From: Phoronis australis
Taxonomy: Eukaryota; Animalia; Phoronida
Direction of reading: 5' to 3'
NCBI GenBank assembly: GCA_002633005.1
Contig: NMRA01000008.1
Coordinates: 750,985-814,984 of the forward strand
DNA length: 64,000 nt
Shown here: piece after piece, positions 1 to 10,200 of the stretch
Layout of the letters: each line of letters opens with the position of its first letter
How positions within the stretch are numbered: the first letter of the stretch is position 1
The notes under the pieces: model-generated
Databases searched by the model: none
What the model was told of the DNA's origin: nothing
The model's input: the letters and a program-made list of their open reading frames with translations, nothing else
Translations under genes and position numbers: made by a program

Positions 1-304
1 CTGTTGCACAGTATTGTGAGCCGACCCTGTTATAGTTACCAAAACGATATCGGGTCGGGGAAACCGCGGCGAGGCCACCAACCACGCGGCGGGTAAAAAG
101 ATAATCCAAAGACCCGACCTACCTCTGTCACTCCGAGTCTCCTGACAGACACACCGAAAACTGGATCATTTGACCTGCAGTCGGCCCGGGGCTCACGGCC
201 GTCGCATTGCGCTGAACCACATTCAATGGCCGCGCCGCACTCCGGTTTCCACACTCATAGTTGGCTGCCGGAGCTCCGTCATCGGTGGTGGATTTAGTAA
301 CTAA

Positions 305-1020
305 GTAAGCAAGCAAGTAAAATGTTTATTTTACTTAATGTTTATTTTACTTCGGTATAAAATAGTTTAATAGCAAAACAATAGCACAAGTGCTCAATAG
401 TGATCGATATAAAATGAGAAATCAACTTGTACTGAAAAGAGGTAGTCTAAGAGCTATGCAAATAAACTATACAAAGTTTAACATACTATGATGACTTATC
501 AAGCATCAAACAGCATACTTTGACAGCGCAGGTATTGTTGGCATTCACAAGCTTAGGACATTAATTATGCCTACAGCATCTAAACATCATGCGGAGTGAA
601 GTTTGATTTGGGCAGTTGATGGTCTACGACGACTGATCATAAAACAAATTTTAAGGGCCAGCGATATTGAATCTTGGGCTTTCGATAGGAACATAATCAA
701 TTTCACTGATAAAACCGTCTCCGGCAGTGAACGCTCCACAGGCATTTGTGACAGGTTTCGACACCAGTAAAGCACGGGAAAGGTAGTCGAATGCTTTTAG
801 TGACAATTCAAATTAGAATTAAAAAACCGATCTATGAGCCTTAAGAAAACATCTTCACAACTAAAACCTTTTCTAACTGAGGAGGCACGGCAGAGGTTTT
901 CAGTAAAAATTTCGTACACATGTAGTTGTTTACACATAAGTCTTTCAAAAGCTTGATTTACAGTGGATAAAACACTGGCACGCGTGTAACATGCCATGTC
1001 CAACTTTCACCTTTTTGAAA
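305..1020 (-). mobile_element. Degenerate non-LTR retrotransposon (LINE, CR1/L2-like) reverse transcriptase relic
   Basis: Minus-strand translations give RT-like motifs: SVLSTVNQAFERLMCKQL, RKGFSCEDVFLRLID, KAFDYLSRALLVSK (cf. DLSKAFD) and a degraded PQGSILGP-like region. The frame is broken, and a simple-repeat tail (taaaataaacat, cttg) lies near 305-350. Confidence 0.65.
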
Positions 1021-1232
1021 ACAGAGTGGCTGAGCCGCTGATGTGCGGTCACGGGCATGGATCGACTGCATGCTTTGGTGGTTGACAAGAGTTGAGGTGC
1101 CTTTAGTTTACGAACTTCCCAACTCTTCTAGGTAGCGCTGCGGCGATCTCTGAACTGGTTTCCTGCACGCCACTGCCCCGCCGATCATTCAAGAACCAGT
1201 CTAACAACATTTGGGCAGCCATATTGTCAAAG

Positions 1233-4200
1233 ATGTCACGCTACTCAAGGCCTCCTAATACTTCTCTTTATGTGCGCAACGTCGCCCCAGGAACTAGGTA
1301 GTTGCTGTTATCTGTGACATAGAATTGATCAGTTCTTGTAAATTACTTACCTAGGACGTTATGATTAAACGTTTTGGTTTATGAAACCGCCCGTGAGTGA
1401 GAGCTAGTTCTCGCCACAGGCGTCCTCAGGCTCAGCTTCTGATCGTCCCCAATACACTATATAATACTACAAGGTATGACACTCCGAGTGTCATACCTTT
1501 AGTATTATATGTAGTGTATTGGGGACGATCAGAAGCTGAGGACGCATGTGGTTCTCACATGAGCCATGACTGACGACGACGTACAAAATTTGAGTTCCCA
1601 TTTCTGAATTGCATGTATAGATATATCCAAATTTTACTCAAAAAGAGTCCGTGGACATGTGGATTTTTCTACCCAGGCAAGCACAATCACTGAATCTTAG
1701 CTACCCTGGTTCTCAAAAGGATTGCCAAATTGTCTTTGCTGTCAGTGACATAAACATTTTGAAACATTTGCCAAAGAGCCCAAACTCCCACAGACAGCTT
1801 AAGGCTAAGTTGCTTTAATGCCACTCTTAGGACAGTCTTGGGTTATTCGAAATTTTACACCACCCCGGTCTATGCTGGTCATTAAACTTATATGGACAAT
1901 TAGAGCTTACTGAGGTGCATGCTAAATCTGGGAGTCAACTGACACTCAACTCCCCCGTTAATCCATTAAAGTGAAAAACATTTTAAAAAATGTCATTTGG
2001 ATGCATGATTCTCCAGCTTTTGAAACAAAGCATGGTTTCTTGTCCACTTTGAGAACGGAATCTTTTTAAGTTCTTGACGTGTGAGACAAACTTCATCTTC
2101 TGTATGTTTGTAAAGTAAAAATAAGACTTAAGTTTAATTTTACTGGCTGAACAATTGAGTGTGGAATAATTGTAATTTCATGGGTGTGACCTTGACGGAC
2201 TTATATGTTTTCCATATCTGACTTACCAAACAATCACTGGGGTCTAAAATTTTGGTCAATAATATTGAGAAACAAATTAATAGAGATTGAAACTATTTTA
2301 ATTTTGATTGAAGCCTTTTGATATAACGAAACTTTTTGCACTTTTGTGGCAGANTGTGACCTGAAATTTCTGGGTGCCGTTTGCTGAAAAAAAGGCCATT
2401 TTTGAGGCTCTAAAATTCAAATAACTCGAGAACCACCGAACCGATTTGAAAAATTCAAAAAGTTTTATAAACGGCATGTCTAAAGCTATCATTTAACACT
2501 CTTTTCAAGTGTTTCTGATGAAATTTGTATTTGGGTTTGCTCACCCTACCAAAGAGCCCAAACTCCCACAGACAGCTTAAGGCTAAGTTGCTTTAACTTT
2601 AATGCCACTCTTAGGACAGTCTTGGGTTATTCGAAATTTTACACCACCCCGGTCTATGCTGGTCATTAAACTTATATGGACAATTAGAGCTTGCTGAGGT
2701 GCATGCTAAATCTGGGAGTCAACTGACACTCAACTCCCCCGTTAATCCATTAAAGTGAAAAACATTTTAAAAAATGTCATTTGGATGCATAATTCTCCAG
2801 CTTTTGAAACAAAGCATGGTTTCTTGTCCACTTTGAGAACGGAATCTTTTTAAGTTCTTGACGTGTGAGACAAACTTCATCTTCTGTACGTTTGTAAAGT
2901 AAAAATAAGACTTAAGTTTAATTTTACTGGCTGAATAATTGAGTATGGAATAATTGTAATTTCATGGGTGTGACCTTGATGGACTTATATGTTTTCCATA
3001 TCTGACTTACCAAACAATCACTGGGGTCTAAAATTTTGGTCAATAATATTGAGAAACAAATTAATAGAGATTGAAACTATTTTAATTTTGATTGAAGCCT
3101 TTTGATATAACGAAACTTTTTGCACTTTTGTGGCAGATATTGTCCTTTGACCCCAAGAGGTCAGTGATGTGCTATGGGTCAAATGATTTTTTTAGAAAGT
3201 TTAGGTTTCGTGTGATTGTACGAATTTGATAATATAGTGAAGTACCCATAAGTAGCTTATTTATGACAAAAGTTAGAAACACATATAAAATTTTTAGGCT
3301 CAAGTGACCTCCAAAAATGGGTTCGGTTATGGAAAAAATTGAAATTCAAATATGGGTGCTGAAACTGGGGAGACAGGGCTTTCAGATGTGACCAGAAATG
3401 TCAATCTAATCACATTTTCTGTCTCTTATATAGGTTGACCTTTTCATGCAATTACCCAAATGTTAATTTGACATGGACTGAAACGGAACAGTAGTGGACG
3501 TGGGGGGGGCTAAATATGGGCATGTGTACAGGATTGAATAGAAACAGTGGCAACTGATGGTAATCCTGATTGACGAATCCATTGATGTCGAGTTATCGAA
3601 CTCCTTTGTTTTGGCATGTGCTACTCGCTAATTTGTGGGTGTGAAAATTAAAAAAAAATGATTTATTTTTCCAGTATGTCTGTTTCTTCAGGGCTTGGAA
3701 TTTTCCGCAGAAACACGGATTTCCGCTTTTTGGAAATGTGCTTTTCGCTTTTTTTATAATATTTCCGCGTAAAAAAAATCGGATTTGATATGAAATTTCC
3801 GCGGCAAATTCCTTTCTTACCGCGGCGTTGCAGACGACGTTCACCTCGGAAAGCGGAAGTTGCTCTTTATGTTTCGGAGGAACGTAAATTGTCAACATTG
3901 CCGGGGCATCTGGGTAAAGCGTGGTGGGATTTTCAATGGCGGCTCGTGTTATTGTTAAGCGCGGCGACAAATACTACCGCTCTGCAGCCAAAATTGTGCG
4001 GGTTGGGAGTGGACGGGCGAGCGAAAAGGACGCAGACGCATGTTACAGATGGTGGTAACGTTTTTTTTTTTTTTTAGTCCTCCCGATTTTTGTCGCGGAA
4101 AGGTTCACATTGACCATTTCAAAGGCTGGTTATCCGGCATGATTTGGGCCGTAAAAGTTTCCGCGTTTTTTGTCATTGGTCATTCCAAGCCCTGGTTTCT

Positions 4201-7200
4201 TACAGATGCAACTAGATTCTTTTGTTGATTTTGAATACATGCTATATTGCTTAACAGTCATTTACATGGGTCCCGCATTTGGAGAACCAGTTTTCTCTAT
4301 TGAATGACTGGCAACAAACTGGTTCTCAGAATCTGGGACCCTGTAAATTACTTTTGCCCTATATTTATGGAATGTCATTGTGTTAACTAGTCTTTAGCTT
4401 GGCTTTGTTAATTGCAGTTCCACTCCGTTTATCTGTGTTCCCATTTTTGGTCTTATTCCAATGCCTGTTTGTGTTTTCTTTGTTTCTCAGACCCGAAGAG
4501 TTGCGCAGTTTATTCGGTAAATATGGTCACCTGTCAGACGTCTATATTCCACAAGACTATTATACAGGCAAGGAACGTGGGTTTGCTTACATACAATATC
4601 CTTCTGTATTTCCTATCAGAGACTGAATTGAATTTCAAAGTTCTGTTTTGTTGTAATTTTAAGAACTCTTTGATTTGTTTTTAGTAGAGAGTATGGAGCC
4701 GAGGTAAAGTTTACAAGCAAGTTCTTAGAGTATACTTGAAAGTGGCTTGGAAGCATTAAACTCGTACAAAAGCAGGCAAGAGTTTGCAAGCCCAAGTGCA
4801 AGATTTCTCATAGGGCGTCGTCTACCAATACAGTACAAGATCATTAAACAAGAAAAGCACGTATTTAAACAAGAAAAGTGTACTTGTGGGAATAACTGCT
4901 TTTGTAAGCTAAATAAATCTCGGCAAGTTAAAGTCACAGTCACAGATGAGAAGTCACCTAGAGCCACTAGTCGTCAAACAAGTTTTTTTCAGTACAAGTT
5001 GCCAGGACTGTCAAGTCAATATTCATTTAAGGGCAGTTTCAAAATCTTTAAATATGAGCCACAGGCTCGTTTCACTGATAAATCTTCAAAAAAAAATTCC
5101 ACTCTCTAGTTCCGGTTTGTCTTCCGAAGCGCCCTGTCAATCAAGGTCAAGTCACTGTAAAGGCACGTTGTCAAGGAAACGGAATGAATGATGCAAGCCA
5201 CAGCGCAGAATAATAAGTCCACTCGCGAGTAGGGTAAAAGTCTTAATTTGGAACGCTCCATCATTTAAATCTTGCAAGCAAGAAACAGTCCAGGCGAGAT
5301 TGGTGTATTGTCAAAAATCGCTAACTTCAAATGTAAGGTGAATTCTTGCGTAGAAAGGCAGGCTTCAGTGAGGTAAATCCTCCAGAGAAAATTTTCATGA
5401 ATTATTCACGCGACTTCTTAAAAATTGCTGGACGTCACTAAAGAGTATCGGACAAGCAAGAAAGAGCTTTACATCGAGGCAAAAAGTAGGCAAAATGGTA
5501 ACAAGATTTCCGTGTCCGAGAACAGTGGCTGGGGTGGGACATGGTGCATCAGACATCTTGGCTACTGATCGAACCAGTTCTATTATATCCTATTGTGTCT
5601 CGACATCTTTTTACAGACAAGTATTAAAATCATTCTTTTGCATTCTTCAAGTGAAATTACTTTAAACGCTTAGATGAAACTCTGAAGTGTAATTTTGTAG
5701 TCGATAATCAACAAGATCTGTTTTTTTTTTAGCTAATGACCTTTGTGCACTGGTCTCCATGTGATTCAAACTTTAAGTGCAACTTGAATTTTGACTATCT
5801 CTAAGTGATGAAATGTCTCAATTGTGTTTGATCAAAGGTTTAGTTGTAGCTGTGCCTTGTGTGTTTGATAACTCCTTAACAGTCAGAACATTTGACCACC
5901 CGCGAGATGCTGAGGATGCCCTGCACTACCTGGACAAGACACTACTTTATGGCAAGGAGCTGGAAATTGAGTTTGCCAGAGGAGACAGGAAAAGTAAGAT
6001 AATACGTTAATCAGTTCTAATCCTACGTTATTGTTTTCAACGTTTGCAATTGCGTATGAGGAATACATCTAGTCACAGAAGGCATCCTTACACCCATGAA
6101 CAGCGTTGTACTGTAGTGGAGTTGGGGAAAGGTTTATTTGGTATTTTGCTGTTATATTTTCACCTACGTTTGCACAGTTTTCTACATGCCATTATTTTCT
6201 TGTTTCGTCTCTTGTGTGCTTCTGATCAATGCAACGATTCAATTGTACTTGTGTTTTGCTTACTGGGATATTCGTTTTTCGACTGGGGGGCATTATGCTT
6301 TCTGTTCTTCGACATTCACTCTTCTTTTGCCCATGATAACCCCTAACTATTTCTCAATAATTAACCTCTAGTTAACTGATTTCTTCGCCAGCACCCCGTC
6401 AGATGGTTTCCAGAGAGCGCAGGAGGTCACCAATTGGTGATCGTTATGATCATCGTCGCAGGCGCCGGTCACGTAGTTACAGCCCAAGGTAATGGCTCAC
6501 GGCGGTCGACAACTGTGTTTATGTGTGTGTTTGTTGATTTCTATAATTGAGAGGTAAGATTTGTCTGCGTTTTACTCTTCTAGCTGCACATCAGATGCGA
6601 AGAAGAGAATCGGGTGGACGCATGGTTGGTCGAGGCAGACGTCCACGGTATGGCACTAGACTGCAAACTCATGTTTAAGTAGCAATGCCATACGCAATAG
6701 TACTGTTGCTCCTTTGTGTTCACGGTAATTTGCTTGGTCAATCACTGTTCCAGGCATAGATTTGACAAAATGAATTCTTGCTTGACGTTTGAAACACGAG
6801 TTTGTAGCTTTAAGCAATAACAGTTGTGTGTAAAACGGGAACTCTGCCATGTGGCACTGAATGTAGGCCTTGGATATGAACACAAAGCAGTCTACTTTTT
6901 AGGTGAATGGGTTTTTGCAGGCGTGGAATGCTGTTCAATAGGTGTGGCACCAATTGTTTATGATTTAGAGCTGCTAGTGTTTAAACATGCCATAAACCGT
7001 GTTTTGGTCGTGGGGTCCGGTCTTGATACTCAAAATTATTTTTAGCATTTTCCGTTCTTCTTTTTTTGTTTAAACGTAAGATAAGTGTGTATTAGTCTGT
7101 GCGCATGTACTTTATGGTTTGCGTATATGAGTTTCTAGTCCAAGTTTGCTCTTGATAATCGTTTGGTTCGAGCTACAAACTCTAGGATAAACACGAGATT

Positions 7201-10200
7201 TTTGCGTAAAAACTTTAAAAATTTGGGGTTCAGACTAAAAACTTCTAGCCTAATGGTGGAGTCATCAAGTTTCCCCTGGTGGCTGTTTTATTGTTTATGA
7301 TTTTGGCAAGTGGGTTCCGATCGAGGAGAGCATTGCTGACTTGCTATACACCACCTCGTGGCTTTTTAAGTTTGCTAGCATTGCTCCCTTTAGTGGGAAG
7401 TTTCGAGTGATCATCCCCTGTATCTGCACTGTATGCAATGCACATGGTGGGCACATATCAATGTTCCGTGTTGCTCTTGTGTTACAAATTGCCAATTCTT
7501 TCCGTTATTTGCCAGACAATCGCTGGAATCATGGCAGGTGACATTACCACCTATACATGCTTAATACAATCCACCTTTTATCGATTGGAGTTGGGCTTGG
7601 TTAGCATTGTATTTTGACTGTGACCGCAAAGGTTGCTACTTTGATTTCAGACTCGGGCTGATTTCAGAAGATTAGTTTTCTCACCAATAATGTCATTTTA
7701 AACACAACACTGTGTGACCGGGGCATGTCTGCTGGTAGTAGGCACTTACAGGGGTCTCGCATTTTGAGTTCAAGCAGTTTCCTACACTGAATAACGGCAC
7801 ATGAAGCTTGTTCTCAAAATTCTAGGCCCCAGCAGGTGACTTGCGAATGATATCTGCTTTCATCAGTGTGTTCTGATTCTTTCAACGCGAACTCATTTCA
7901 GGTATCGGTCCAGATCTAGAAGTCCATACCGCGGCAGGTGAGCATAACATCGCAGGCCAGAATAAAAGCAACTGTTTACCCTTCGGTTTCTGTTTTTTGT
8001 CGTTTTGATGCCTAAATTTTTTTATTTGATAAGGTTCGCCTTATTGCCAAATATTTACATTTTCTGAAAGTAAAAAACTTGTAGAATTTGATTTTTGACT
8101 TTATGCATATCTGTCGTTGATCAGGTCACATGACCATGTCTGTAGTAAAATTCTCGAATCAGTTTTCTGAATCTTTGTGTTATGCATGAAAATGCTGAAA
8201 TTTTTTTTTTAATGGCTCCTCATACAAAAGTGGGACGTTTTATAAACAATTCCAGCTGCGTTTTGGAGAACAGTCCTTAAATTGTAGCATCAGTAAGTTT
8301 CGTATGAATCCGATGAGCAATTTCTGAACTTTCATGTTCGGAAGTTGGCCAAACTTGGACATTTTCCCCTGCCATCTTCAGTTGAATGATTGTCTAGCTT
8401 TTTTGATACCAGTCATGTACTCCTAAGAGGCATGGACTTTTGCAAGTGTTTTTTTACTATAACTTAGAAGTCCTTATAGAGATGGTTTTGAGTAATGCCT
8501 GCCATCCAAGAGCTGGGTGTTTTGTGTCTTCCACTGTCTCCATTCACTAGACATTGGGTTAGGTAGTACTTACGAAGCATCCAAGGAAACACTGATGAAA
8601 AGACAGTTCTATTTCCTTTGTTTTGTATTATTTTGTTGTTCAAATGTGAATTACCCTCAGAGTGGTTTTCCTTACCTTCTGTTGTAGCAGACGACGTTCT
8701 TACAGTCGGTCGAAGAGTCGGTCCCGTTCATATGAACGTAAACGAAGTCCACATGAAAGTAAACGTAGTCCGTCGCCGAGAAGGTAGATTAATTTCTTTT
8801 CGAAGGGCTTTTTGTTCACGTAATCTTGTAAAATGTCACCAATTAATTTCATACCAAAATAATTGCATAAACTGGTCTTTTTTCTCTTTTCAAAGGCCTG
8901 TTTTAAATGCCCATAATATCTCAAAACAAAGCATTTTATCGGTGTTACTTAGTCGAGTAGTTTTCAAAATCAGATGCATTTTGACGGAACCTTACATCTT
9001 GCCAGAATTGTTTGGCACTTTAGTCTAGCATTTGTCGCCATAAAGTTTTTGTTGGTCTTGCGTCAGTTGAGACATTATTGCCTGCAGCTGCTAATTATTT
9101 ATTTACGTAATGTACTTAAGCAGTAAGCCATGATTTCATCAGCAAAAGGTGTCGAAATTAAACCAGAATTTGTTAGAGGCCCATGAGCATTGCTATCCAC
9201 GAAAAGAACCGCATAGACAGGAATTGGGCAAAAAAGTGATTATGATAAAAGCATAGCATTTTACAACGTAACACTACAAAAATGACAAAAAAGCCTAGAA
9301 AATGTGAAACAAGTTTAGCTGTTGGCATTTATGTGTTACCAAAAAATCAGAAATTGCTGCCTTGATGTTTCTTGAACACTTGCTGCATACTAGGAATAGC
9401 TACAAGTTCAAGCCTAAGTATTCACACACAAAAGGATCTGGAATTTCCCGTCATGGCTGCTGGGCAGATGCCAAATTCATCGGCTGAGTAGTCGTCTCTC
9501 ATGACCTAAGAATGAAGGGAAATTAACACGAAAGTTTTTTCTTATTTTTTTTCAATATAATACATACGGTACAGATCACACAATTACACAATGCAATAAA
9601 TTTTTTGTTTGTCAATGATCAGTTAAGGTCAATTTACAGTGCTGATATGTACAAAGGCAATTTAACATTAAAAGTAACTAGAAAGATTATTGTCACGGCG
9701 TGACAATAACGGACTCTGCGCGTGCGTATTACTGGAATTATTATGGGAAGTTACTGACAGCAACCCGTTTACCAATATGAAAAGGAATTCTTTAAAATTG
9801 TAGGAGAAATTACATATTAATTTTTTGATGACCTCTCCACTAATTGACCTCTTCCGGTGCATTATGAGCCCTGATGAGGGAGTAATTGTTAACTCGATTA
9901 AAAGTGTGGTTAATGCTAATAATCTCAGATGTTTTACTTTAAGCACTTCAGAATACAAGATGAATGAAGTGGTCAAACTTTCAGAAGAAAAATGCACCTA
10001 ATGACCCCATAGGTGCACCAAATGACCTGAAAATTTAGAATTCAAACTCAATCGCACTTAGTAAACAGATACGTAATTCTGAAGTCTCTAGCTCAAAATT
10101 TTAGTTTGCACTCAATGACCTTTGACCTATTTTTTCTGATTGGTTAGGCCTATTGCGAAGTAAAGTAGGGTATTCAATTGGCATGTTGACTTACACCAGT

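Noticed and set aside
1771-3136. ~580-bp direct duplication in SR gene intron 1
   Set aside because: Near-identical copies around a single n at 2354; likely a scaffolding or heterozygosity artefact.
4747-5109. 120-aa ORF nested in the U12 intron as a coding gene
   Set aside because: The homologous block in paralogue 2 has indels and no matching ORF. The K/Q-rich composition simply reflects CAAG enrichment.
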